Of a stretch of DNA of 64,000 bases, positions 26,624-39,600 are shown piece by piece. Location: contig CM120645.1 of the NCBI GenBank assembly GCA_051362555.1, positions 20,336,001 to 20,400,000 of the forward strand. The letters are read 5' to 3'. Each line of letters starts with the position of its first letter. Within the stretch, counting starts at the first letter, position 1. The position numbers and the translations under genes are program-made. Origin of the DNA: Lingula anatina (taxonomy: Eukaryota > Animalia > Brachiopoda). Under the pieces are notes generated by a model. That model searched no databases and was not told the DNA's origin. It saw nothing but the letters and a program-made list of their open reading frames with translations.

Positions 26624-28065
26624 ATGAAAGCCATTTGCTGCTTAGCTGCCATCGTCTGCATCGTTCCAATACTACGTGTGGCACTTGTAGAAACGGGTAC
26701 GCCTTGTCAGCCGGGACCTCTTATGTCTTTTAAGCCTGAAAGGGTAAGTTTTTCTTTGGAAAATATTCACAATGAATGGATATTTACATGATAAAAAATT
26801 ATTCTCCTGGAAATTTAAACACGTTTACCTTAAACAGCATAACCAGAATCGTTCACAGATTGGGTTTTTCTTACAAGCAGACAATAGGAATGAGATTTTA
26901 CTCTTGCAGATTTTTTTTTTAGATTTCAGTACATTTTTTTTAACCACTAGAGTATACCATATCCAAACCCCTTCAAATAATTGCGATCCATTTCTACGTT
27001 CTGCTAGTAAGTTTTTAGTTTTTGAGTCACTCACCTTAATGATCAAGATCGTTATACTGCTAAAGAGTCTAACGCTTATAATGGGAATAAACGGTTTCTT
27101 GTTTTAGGTTACGGGAACGTGGTATGCTACTAACCTTTACTGGCCATTCGACACTACTGAGTATTGGCGGGATTACACCAACACCTTCACTCTTCATCCT
27201 AATGGAAACATGACTTGGCGTTTCGATCTTAGATGGATGTACATTTTATTATCTTAACATATATTCGTTAGACTTTGATTTTTTTGCTCACGAAAAAGGT
27301 GCACAGAAAAAGCTGGATACCGCCCTCTTCTCATGTTAAAGGCAGAAAAACTTATCTGAAGATACAGAAGTGCTGCAAAATGTACATTACTGTCTTCAAA
27401 GCAAATGGCTTGGGGAATAGAGGGTGCAAAAAGGTCCTCCTCAATGTACATGTATAGCATTCCACAACGATTTTGTCAGTTTCTTAACGGTTTTTAAAAT
27501 ATAGAAATTCTGTTTAAGATAGCTTTTTGATCTGTGACTATTTCAGGTTCACTAACTTTTCTGAGTGTGACGGCTGGTTCCGTGAGCTAGTGCCTGACCC
27601 TAATTTTAAGCAAATACGACTGGATACACAGTAAGTGGGCTCATTTGAAAGAGAAAAGTAACACGTGGGAGTGGGGGTAGAATAGCGTAACTTTCTATTT
27701 TTCAGCACGAGACTACTTTCGGTTTGCACATAAATGTCACACTCGTGTTTCAGACGGATCACACTACGACTCCCTGTACTTTGCGTTCAACCTCGCTAAC
27801 CTTATTTAAATGGAGAGCCCTTTGCAATGATGGACACAACCTCCAATACGTAATAAAAACAAGTTTCAAAATACCAGTCGAAAAAGCACTTGTGGTTAAT
27901 ATTTTGTATATTCAAGATACAATATAGTTTCTGCAAAGAACAACTTAAGAGTTACTGATACAGGTATTACTACTAGTTCTCATATGTTTTGATGTCTACC
28001 ACAACTTCCAGACACTTAGAAGTTTTTTTCAAACTGTTTATTTCATTTCAGCTTGCCCAGCATAA
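26624..28065 (+). pseudogene. Lipocalin copy C, pseudogene
   Basis: Exons 1 (26624-26743) and 2 (27108-27238) are intact. Exon 3 (27547-27630) is 84 nt instead of 86, a frameshift (TTTAAGCAAA vs TTCAACGGCAAA). Intron 3 has shrunk to 123 nt. Exon 4 stops at ~27804 and is fused to intron-4 sequence (TTTAAATGG). The signal peptide has C>R, and ~50 nt are missing from the non-coding first exon. Confidence 0.9.
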
Positions 28066-29684
28066 TGCTGCCAGGATGAAGCAGATATACTGAGTAACAT
28101 TCAGTGAACCAACCCTTTGATCTTTGTCAGTCAATAGCTTTGATCACAAATGGATGTTACATTATTTCTGAATATACCAGTAATATGTACTGTTAATTAA
28201 CCTTGAAACTATTATTAATTTAGTGAATGTGGTTTAGAGATGAGAGTCAGGAACATGTAACATATTACACAAGCAATAAAAATTCATATGCATTGCATTT
28301 ATGTCCTGTTTTCATCTGATTGCTTCAGTCAGAAAGATACAACAAAAGCAATTATGGGTTATAAATGTAACACACCTTGCTAAATTAAATGTTTTTATGT
28401 CTGTAAAATGTTCTATTATATACAGCGTGATTACTTTTACTCATTGGGGAAACGTCATCAAAGGTTGACTGTTTTGGCTTTGAAATACAAGAACAACGTT
28501 ATATAATATAAAGGTACAGTGTATGGACTACAATTGCAGTCACTTTTTTTAGTTTTTCATTCGGAAAATGCTTCCTCTATCCAGTGCTAGCCGTTATTTG
28601 CAAAACTGCCAGATTTCTCTTATTCAGAGGCTAAAAAAATTAAGACAAATCCCATCTTGAATTTGACTACAGTTCCAATTCATAAACTGCAATTAAAATC
28701 GAATGCGTCACATCTTATGATTTCGCGTTATAAAAATGGAATCCATACGATCTCACTATCCAATGATCTTAGACAATAATTTAAAAAAGAGGTATGTCAG
28801 AGACTGAAGAGACGATTTGGATCAAGTGATAAACCGAATAACTTCATGTTATTTTTTAAATAATACTAAAAGTTTAATATTGCTAAAGTATGCTGTAATA
28901 GTATTTAACCTACCCTTCAAACACACATCAGTTGATTTACAAATCAAATAGAAAAGGCAAAATTTTAATCTAATCTACGAAAAATGTGATAGGTTCAATT
29001 TATACTTTAATTTGATAGAATTTGCAGTGCTGTCCTGCTATGTTTTCATCAGTCTTCGACAGATAGGCGAACTTACGGCTTATGAATGCTGCACAATGAG
29101 TATAAAAACAAATTCCCTTTATGCACATCACGGGAAGAAAATAGGGAGGATCCACAACCGTTAGCAAGTGTCAATCTAAATTACGTGAACAAGCGAGTCA
29201 TAGCTTCGTATTAAATGAGAACGCACTGTCGAGAGACCACCTGGAACCAGAGTCAACGCAAGGTACTGACTTACCGATAACTGTTGGCGACTTTGAAGAG
29301 CTCATAATTCTTCTTGCACAGTTTTATTGTAAGTTACTGTTTTTTTTAAAATTAAATTTTGATATTTACTAGCAACAGCAAGTGGTTAAATCCCCGCTTC
29401 ATTTTCAGCACATAAGAGTTTGACGATAAAATCATGTTACTGTGAAAACGCGATTACTTTTGCGTCAGTTGAATTAAGTAAAATTAAACAGATCTGCTTT
29501 GGGCTTTGTGAAACATTACCGTCCATATGTACGTATGACATAATTCGGATGCCTTCTTGGCAAGTATTTTCAACAACTCCACGGCAGCTAATGGCAAGAT
29601 GTTTCCTTGACAGGCTATAAATCAACAACCACGGCTGATTTTAGTTCTACATCTCTCGGCAGTTTGGACAGTTACTGTAACAGA

Positions 29685-32179
29685 ATGAAAGACATTTGCT
29701 GCTAAGCTGCCATCGTCTGCATCGTTCCAATACTATGTGTAGCACTTGGAGAAACGGGTATGCCTTGTCAGCCCAGAGCTATTAGGTATTTTAGGCCTGA
29801 AAGGGTAAGTCTTTTGCAAAATATTCATAGTGAGTGGATATTTACACAATGAAATTTAAATTCTCCTGGAAATTTCGACATGGTTACCTTCAACACCATA
29901 TCCAGAACCGTTCACAGATTTGGTTTACAAGCAGACAATATTCGTGAGATTTTACCTTTGCAGATTTTTTTCTGGAATTTTCAGCACATTTCTCTTAATC
30001 ACCGAGGTACGTCATATCCAAACCAGTTCACAAAATTCCAATACCACGTTGTACTATTTAGTTTCTAATTATTGGAACACTCACCTTGATGGTAGAGAAA
30101 AATGGTAAAAGTTTTATAGAATTACTGTTACACTGCTTAAGAGTCTAACACTTATTATGGGGACTGTTTCTCTCGTTTTAGGTTGCAGGAACGTGGTATG
30201 CTACCAATTTTTACTGGCCCGACTTGACAGCTGAGCTTTGGCGGGACTACACCAACACCTTCACTCTTCATCCTAATGGAAACATGACGTGGCAGTTCGA
30301 TCTTAGATGGAGGTACTTCTTATTATCTTAACATATGCCGGGTATTTCTGAGACTTTGATTTTTATTCTTACTACAGAAGTGCATAGAGACAGATGGAGA
30401 CCATCCTTGTTTCATGTTTAAGGCGGAAAAACTTATCTGAAGATACAGAAGTGCTGCTATATCTTGTACCGGAACTGTCTACAAAGCAAATAGTTTGGGG
30501 AATGCGGAAGAAACTCCCTCAATGTACATGTATGGCATTTCATTCGGTTTTGGCAGTTTCTGTAACAATTGTACAAATGTAGAGAACACACTTCTGTTTA
30601 AGATTGTTTTTTTAAATCTGTGATTAAGAAATAAATACACAATTTTTTCAGTTTTACTAACTTTTCTGAGTGTGACGGCTGGTCACGTGAGCTAGTGCTT
30701 GACCCTAATTTCAACGGCAAATACGACTGGATATACAGTAAGTGGGCTCATTTAAAAGAGAACAATGCGTTTGTGACAAAAAATATTTTTTGAAAGTACA
30801 GGAAACTGTTTTCAACTCTGAAATCCCCGAATGGATACTCAGTAATCATTCTTCATCAACAGATAAATAGCCCAGTCGAAACTTTTAGAACCGATAAAAT
30901 GTGTTTCACATCATGATTTTTCTACATACTGGGGGTCCCAGAGCAGTTTTACGATAGTTGCTACTTGGACAACTTTGGGCATTTTAAACACTCAAGATGG
31001 TAGCCAATCCCATAGAAAAATATACCTTTTTACACAGTAAGTCTTCAGTCCTGGAAGATTTCACCTAAAAGCTTCAAATATATTAATAGGGTTCTCTTTC
31101 ATGTATGGTCTTGTTTTGATAAATTTGATAAATCAAAAATAGACCCAAAACGAGGAGAATTCGATTAACCAAATCTTGAATAAAAAAAGTAAAATGTTAA
31201 TTTTCAGACACAATTGAGAACTACAAATGTCAGGCATATTATTATACACTGTATCTCAACAATGAAGTTGTATGTAACCTTGAGGCTAGTGAATGTTTTA
31301 CAAGATGGCCACCGTGTCGAACAGAGAGATGTAAACAACCATACACTTTTTCACTTACTGGTTTCTTGAATTTTTGCTGCAGATCGATAACAGCTTCGTT
31401 TCTGTTCAATAACAAATTTGTTTAAGCTTCATTTAGTATATGCACGTGGGGGTGGGGGTAGAATAGGTAACTTTCAATTTTTCAGCACGAGACTACTTTC
31501 GGTTTGCTCTAACCTGTCACACTCGTGTTTCAGACGGATCACACTACGACTCCCTGTACTTTGCGTTCAACCTCGATAACCTTACATTCACTTACCAGAT
31601 AGGTCCCGGATCGGACGAGGTGCGCATGGTCACGGTATTTTCACGCACACCCTCGAACACAAATATAATTCTCACCAAACGTGCCTTAATTCGTTTATTC
31701 TGCGTGACCGCGGAGGACGTCGCCGTGAATTTGTGGAATGTTACACATGAAAACCGTAAGTGGTGCAATTTAAATTTAATAAACTATTAATTCGTTTACT
31801 TCTCCAACATCTAGAGTCATAAGTTGATGCATTCAACGGACAATTTAACGCATGTCTAGGTAGTGTCGGGCACGTTCAATCTACTCAAAACGGCGCACTA
31901 CTCTAAATTATGGCTGTATTTAAATGGTTAGCCCGTTGAAATGATGGACACAACCTCAGATACGTAATTAAACACAAGTTTCAAAATACCATTATAAAAA
32001 GCACTTGTGGTTGATATTTTGTATATTCAAGTTACAATATTTTTTCTGCAAAGGACAACTAAAGAGTTACTGATACGGGTATCAATACTAGTTCTCATAT
32101 GTTTTGATGTCTACACCAACTTCCAGTCACTTAGAAGTTTTTTCAAACTGTTAATTTCATTTCAGCTTGCCCAGCATAA
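29685..32179 (+). pseudogene. Lipocalin copy D: nonsense codon 7, otherwise intact (possible leaderless product from ATG 29760)
   Basis: Exons 29685-29804, 30182-30312, 30652-30737, 31534-31755 and 32166-32179 are all the correct size, with intact splice sites and no other stop. TTA>TAA at 29703-29705; in-frame ATG at 29760. Confidence 0.8.
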
Positions 32180-33146
32180 TGCTGCCAGGATGAAGCAGAT
32201 ATACTGAGTAACATTCAGTGAACCAACCCTTTGATCTTTGTCAGTCAATAGCTTTGATCACAAATGGATGTTACACTATTTCTGAATATACCAGTATCAT
32301 GTCCTGTTATTGTCAGATACTCCGAGCTTCAAAGATCTCTTTGTGTCTACCGGATGCACTTTGCCATTCTGTGCTTATAACAGAGGTAAATTTCCAGATC
32401 AGTTATATCAGCTTTGAGACTCATGGTGCTTCATTTTCTGTGCAAAAAATCTCCAAACGAGGTAATGCAATCCACCCACCCCCATGCTACGGTCTTCTAG
32501 AGATGTGAACCAGCGCACGAGTATTAGGATGTGCTAGAATCGCTTTCTAAAGAAGACAATGCCACTTGATTGTAAAACCAATGCATATTCAGAAATCTTG
32601 ATTGTTCTGACCTTCATGTTTTAAGAGTATTTTTGTCTCCGAAGAAACTTCCCTTGCGGAAACAAAAATCATATATGTCTTTTTATTTATCTATTCGACA
32701 CGTATTGAGGATACTGAACTATACCTTGAGCACTAATTAATTTGTTGAAAACAAAAGATCAGTGTTATACCTACATCTACATTGTAAGCCTGTAACTTTA
32801 CACAAATGATGTTTTGCCTAGTTTCAAATCTCCTTTTATTTTCTGGCAAATAGTTTAATAAGCAGGACTATTTTTCCCCATGGGGCATGCAAAGAGAGTT
32901 CCTCCTGCACTGAAAATACTCCTAAAGAGACGAACATTAACACGGTCGTAGCGAAACTTTATCCTCTGAGTGAAGACGTCAATCATATGCAAAAATCCTC
33001 ACTGGACAGCACAGAAACGCGCACATGTTTCGCGAAAAATGTGTCTGTGAATATTTAGTGAAAAGTCGATATGTGGTCCTGGTAGTGTACCACTATTTTT
33101 TTTTAATATTTGAAAATGGTCAAACCGTGAGAATTTCATTTTAGAA

Positions 33147-33190
<44 letters not shown>

Positions 33191-34467
33191 GGCGACGAGC
33201 AAAACGTAGTTAACTAATCTTGTCGTGAAATGGATTAAATTGGCAGAACGTAGGTGATCGAATAGCCATGGTTGGCTTCTCAAAGTTCATCACATAATGT
33301 TGCATTCGCAAGTTTTTACACTTGAGGTGCAGTTCCTGCTCACTGCCAACGTAATCAAGTATAAATTATATACCTACATCCGTTATACACATATATTAAT
33401 TACCTTGTGGACGAGAGCGTTCCACTGGATGTTTCACAGCAGACGACCAAGGACACGAGGATAACGACTTGAATCATGGTGCAGAGTTGTGGCAAATTTC
33501 AGGTGCATTTTATTCACATATAGGTGGCATGATGATATCAGCGTGTGTATTAACCTTGTTTATTTTAAGAATGTTTTTAAATAAAGATTATTCGACTTTT
33601 TAACTAGATGCCCGGTAGCGTGGTAAAAGTCGATTAGGAATTTGAATCAGGAACATATTACACAAGCAATTCATCTGTGTTGCACCTGTGTCTTAATTAA
33701 CTTTGATCGTGTGAAAGATAAAACAGCAACTATGAGCGATATCTGTATAAACACCTTGTGAAATGAAAGGTGTTTTTATGCGTTTAACTTTTTTCATTTA
33801 GTAATTCCTATCACTAATTGTACTTCAGACCTTTTTTAACGACAAAACCCTTTTAATTAAAAAAAATGGGATTTAGAAGTTATTTATTAAGAAATCGTAC
33901 AAAACATTGGATTCAAATGCAGGGATAGGTTGAATAGGTTGATTTTTGAGTGCTAAAAATGTTTTTAATTGAAATTAGATTCGGCATGAAAATCCCAGAT
34001 ATGTGTACATGTAGCTAGAATAATTTTTGTGCCTGAAGACTAGCTCGGTTTATGCTTTCTAATACGATCGCCATTACATACAGCGTGATAAGTTTTACGC
34101 ATAGAGGAAATGTTATCTCTTGTTTATTGTTTTGGCTTTTTATATACAACAACAACGCATTTTTATCTAGGGGTACAGCGTATCAATTACAATTGCAGCC
34201 ATATTTGCACTTTTTTCATTCGGAAAATATATCTGCTATCACAGTTAATATGAGACACTGTTTGCAAAGCATCCACATTTTAATTTTTCAGACGCTTAAA
34301 AAATAGACCGCCGCGTCTAGAGTGACTTTAGTTGTAATTCATACACTGTAATTAGTATTAAACGCACGACATTTCCTGACTTGCGTAATCCATCACTTTA
34401 ACCGCAATAAGAAATTACGCGTATTCACTTTCTGAGTAGGTGATCTAATTATGTGCATGTAGCCTAA

Positions 34468-35016
34468 AGCCCCCGTCATACTTATTCGGAATCAGCAGGA
34501 ATCAAGCAGAACCAGCAGGAATGACTAAATTTAAAAATTCGTACTACATTCGGGAAGAGATTTCAAATTGACCAAAATTCTTGTAAGAATGTCAGAATGC
34601 AGTCAGAATATTTAGAATACATTTCGAATGTCGTACGAGTGTAGTTCGGTTGCTGGCTGAAGTAGGATCGAGATGCATTCGAGTTGCATTCTGGCTCATT
34701 CTAGCAGGATTTGAAGTGTCTTGCCATTTCGGTTCTCCCTCGAATGTGATCAGAATGTTTCGAATGCTGTCGGAATGCCGTGAGAATATTTAGTATGAAG
34801 TCATAGCGCACTTAGAATAGGCCTACTATTCAAATGCCATTCGATTATTTTCCACTTGGAATGCACTTCGAAAGTTTTTAAAATGAGCAAAACATTCGGG
34901 CCGGCCACAAGAAAGGGTAAAAATATTTGGAATGCACTTCGAATATCCAGGTACGCACAAAGAATTGGCTTTCTGACGGCATTCTTGCTCATTCCGCCTC
35001 TAGGGTGACGGGGGTA
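34468..35016. mobile_element. Harbinger-like MITE with GAATG/CATTC subterminal motifs
   Basis: Ends AGCCCCCGTCA...TGACGGGGGTA, TAA on both flanks, interior dense in GAATG/CATTC(G) words. Confidence 0.7.
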
Positions 35017-36722
35017 TAAAACGACGAACGCGCGACCCCCCCCCCCCCCCCACCCACCCACACACACAGAGCCCCAGGGAACGCGCTGTCGAAACAGAGC
35101 CTGGTGCCCTGAACCAGAGTCTACGTACCCTACGGTACCTACTTTGGGTTCCAATTTTTCAATATTTTTTTTGTTCAGTGTGACATTCACCCGAATAGTT
35201 CGATTAAGACAATAAAATATCGAAATGATCTGGCGGTTCAAATAAATCAACTGGTTGCTGCAATTAAAAAAAAAAAACACGTAGCGCTTTACCCACTTAT
35301 GCTAATTACTTTGTTAAAGTATTTATGATTTCAGGCATTGTTTACCTCAGTTTAATAAAAGTATACAAGACGGGGTGTCAGCGGTTTAATTAAATAAATT
35401 GAATTTCACAAATAACATGGACCTCATATGCAATAATCAACAGTACCTTAACTCATTCAAATGCAGTGTTTTATACAACTTCGGATAACCATAATTAAAT
35501 GCTTGTTAAAGAATTGAATAGACGGGAAATGGTTTTACACATCTTCACGAGGATTTAAACCCCTCGGGTAAAAGATTTGAATGAGATTTAACTTTTTTCA
35601 GAAGCAGAAAAGTCATCTTACAAGTAGACAATGCAGCTCAACAGCTAAGCACGCTTTCTTCTGCGGTGGCACGATTGTCGTCATCGGACCACGTGACCAC
35701 GTAGCTCATTAACTCCCAGGCCGAGCAAATAGGACGTTTTTTAAAGCCAAAAATTTACAAAATGAGCTTTTAATTTGTGTATTTGGATAAAGATATCGTT
35801 AGCTGGGCATGTTTTCTAAAGAATATGTTCCGTTCAGGCCATTCTGACGGTGAGACCATTGTCCTTTAATGCAGTTGCCATGCATAGACAAAACATGCTC
35901 ATTAGACCATTTCCCTACTGGCTCTAATATTGAAACAAAAACAAAAGTATATAGTTTTAACTGCTTTATTGTGAAAAGTAGATATAATGAAATTAAAAAT
36001 GGGAAGTCATTAAAATGTAGAGCTCAATGCTCACATTTCTTTATTTATTTGATCTACACTTAATCAGCATAATTAATAGCAAAAAAAATTCTATTTCACT
36101 TTCTGTATGATTGCCATACATCTTGTTATCATATGATAACGATATTACTTGAGAAGTCGACATAATCAGCATTAGGTCTTTTTCCCTTTCTATATATCTT
36201 TTGCACAAATGAGGGTCGATACTCCTCAATAACCTGTCATTCACCTCAATAACTGTCATTCAGTCGCGCCCTATATATGGTACTGAAGAAAGTCCAAAGT
36301 GTTAAATCCGTCTAACATATATCTTGGGTACAAAAATATAATATCTGTTCGACAAACTGATAACATATACTGTATTTTCCAGGATATTATACTATTCCCT
36401 CCCCTTTTCTTCTAGCAAAAATGGGGGATTAGGAATTGCCATGACAAAAGTGCAAGTAGATGCAAATATCATCAAACATGGAAGGGACCGAGATAATAAT
36501 AATAATAATAAAAAAAAAAAAAACGTGAAGAGTCAAAAGAGAGTTAATTACATTCTGTATCAGCACAACCTATTTTTCAATTTCACTCCGTGCCTAGCAT
36601 ACCTAAACATCCACATTAAAAAATATGATATGTTATCAAGCTAATACAAACAAAAACCTCCACAAAAGAGTTATATGGAGCCAAGTAGAGAAAAAAACGT
36701 TAAGCAAAAAGTTGGTCAATAA

Positions 36723-36955
36723 GGGCTCATTCCCAATGAAACTATTGCTCTACATACATGAATCCAACTCTGCAGGGACTCTTGCTGAATGCAATCACAT
36801 TAACAGATTAACACACCTCATTTCCAATGTACTCATAATAACCAGCTTTTCTGTATTCTAGTCTTCACCAGGAGGAGGCATGTTTGTAATAAGGGAGAGT
36901 CAACAGTGAGTTGGATCAATCTACGTAGATGAATAAGTTCATAGGGAATGAGCCC
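36723..36955. mobile_element. MITE, TWA-flanked (Harbinger-like)
   Basis: TIR GGGCTCATTCCC / GGGAATGAGCCC extending imperfectly ~45 bp, with flanks TAA and TTA. Confidence 0.75.
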
Positions 36956-37569
36956 TTAGACCTAAATGTCTATTAAATGTCCAGAATGCTGTAACACAAA
37001 GCATTTCTTTCTTGTAATAATAATTCTAGCATTCATTTAATTGGATTATAATGATTATAAACTTCAGTCCTAGCTTAATTTTGGCCTAACAATTTGGACC
37101 TTTTTCAGTCTTAAGTACTTTGTGAAACGGGTGCCTGAAGACTTAAAACATGTCTTTTATTAGGGCCAACGCACTTTTATCACCTGGAAGACATGCATAA
37201 TCATAATATTTGTCAAGTTGTGAGCTAGAACTTGTTATCTACCTTCCTTAAATCTAATGAATTATATACTTTAAAGTTCTCACTGACAACAAGCAAACAT
37301 TTAAATATAATTTTATAACTTACTAATATGACAAAATTTAATGTTACAGATGACACTGTATATGAATAATTCTACAATAAACTGTGTACATGACAATTTT
37401 TACATACACAAATTTTTCACAACAAAATAATGGCATTTTCCCTATTATTGAAATACTGAAGGATATCTTATTTGATGCCTAATCTGTACAAACCTCAGAC
37501 AGCCTTCCTTAAAGATAAATCAAGTGAAATCTCACTTGATTACATGCTATTTGTATGTGTACAGTCTAT

Positions 37570-37780
37570 GGGTGCATTCCCAGAGATTTAGATCCATCCA
37601 GAGATATAGATTTAGATTGACCTAACTCCCTGGGGCTTCACACTAAATTGCAGTCAGCCGAGCGCGCACCATAGTTAATTACCCCCTTACAGCTTTTAGT
37701 AGGCGGGACAGACGTTTAAGCTGGCCAAGCTGGCAGTAATCTAGTGAGACTCCATACAGGGCTAGATATGGAATGCACCC
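37570..37780. mobile_element. Palindromic MITE (14644 family)
   Basis: GGGTGCATTCC...GGAATGCACCC termini; internal CACTAAATTGC and TAGTGAGACTCC arms as in the 14644 copy. Confidence 0.75.
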
Positions 37781-39600
37781 TTTCAGATATCTTGGACAAT
37801 TTCCATTGCAACCATGAAGAAGCGTACTGCTTTACAATGTACTTTGCATGTGCATTAGAACCACTGTACAACACAGGAAAGTGGAGACAAAATGAGCAAT
37901 ATGGAATTTTAAAATGAAAATTAAACCGAAGTGCAACATCTATTTCAATACAGGTATAAACCAAAATATCAAAAGTGTAAAGCAATTAAAAATTTTTTTG
38001 CAAATTTATAAACTGGATATTTTTTTGTCTGTCAAAAATACAGTGACTTATAACAAGTACTACAGTGCAGCTGAATAAAGACTGAATAAAAAATTATCAA
38101 CTACTTGCCATCCATTCACCATACAATTTCCTCATATTGCTCTATACCACACATCTAAGCAAATCTTATAACGAAACAATGAGTGTAAAAAATATAAAGA
38201 AGATATAACTTTCTGAATACGTATTTCTACATCAAAGAGGTCAATGCCCTACTGGGTATTATCACATAAGAATAAGTAAACAAAACAATATTATATCTGT
38301 AAGTATGCAAATAATATGAATGAAAATCTCCAGCCAGAGGCCGGGAATTTCTCCTGGCATCTGATTCAGCAAATTTACACTAGTGGCAGACATGGGGAAG
38401 ACATTGGAAATACTAAAGGTATGCCACACTACAAGAAATCTGCAGTTCCTCTGAATTCTGCGCTGGTCGGAACTAAGCATTTCACTTTCATTTGTCTATG
38501 CTATCATGTGGTTTATTTTTACGTACTGAATTTTCACAAAAACCTTCCCAGTCCCAAGAACCTGCCATATCAAGAATATTGCAGGTCCTCTGGCATTTCT
38601 GGAGGTCGGACCTGTTGGACAGCCAGTTTCCCCATGTCTGATAGTGGGCTTAGAGATTGTGAAAAATAAAAAGATCATTAATATCTACATTGGGTATACC
38701 TACTGAATAAAGGAATACAAAACCTTAAGATAATAAGTAGTTTGCTTTCATAACGTATTACAAAATAAATCTGTACCAACCTAGATATATTTATTGCCAT
38801 AAAGAAATCTCAAAAGTCATTTCAGTTACTCTTATTTCGAACCTAAAATGCCTCTAAATAAAGAAGGTAACACTATTAATAATAAATATCATCACATTAC
38901 ATGAAGTAATAAAGTACAGCAGCACTGCCCATTGCTCATGATTATAATAATATATCTCCAATTTTTATTAAAACTTATTTGAATTCATAAAGCATTTCCC
39001 ACCATGCTCCCCTTCACTGTCAGAGTCTGAAATTTAAGTCAGTTAAAAAACTGCATGGGGGAGCCATGGTCATAACAAAGCACTTCATGTGTCCTCCCCC
39101 GCCCACCATGCTGTAAACACCTTTCAAAAAATTCTTTTCAGATCCAAATATCAAATACAAAAATGTGTAAGTCTAAAGACTTGTTTTCAACTGTCTTCTA
39201 TTGCAAAATTCTAAACTTGCAGATTTCTGTATAATATTATACTAACAGTTATTCTGATTCCACACATTACTAGTGTGATAGTAAAATTCAAGTACTTTTT
39301 TAGATTGAACACAAGGCCTATTTGTGGCCAATACCAATTTCAGGCAATCACATTTAATTTCAAGCTGGCCACAGACTGGGATTAAAAAATATCAAAATAG
39401 GGGAAAATGGGACATGTAATCAGTGTAAACAATTACATGTACCACTGTTAAAATTCATGTCCTTTCTGATTAAGAATATCTCCACGCTACAATATTATAC
39501 TCTGTACATTTATGTTACATATAATTATTTGCTCATAGATTGTATACTGTATATACCAAATATATAATACTAGTAATAGTATATCACTGTGACTCAGCTA

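Noticed and set aside
38262-38678. Overlapping short ORFs downstream of the receptor
   Set aside because: No motifs or exon partners; probably 3' UTR or intergenic sequence.
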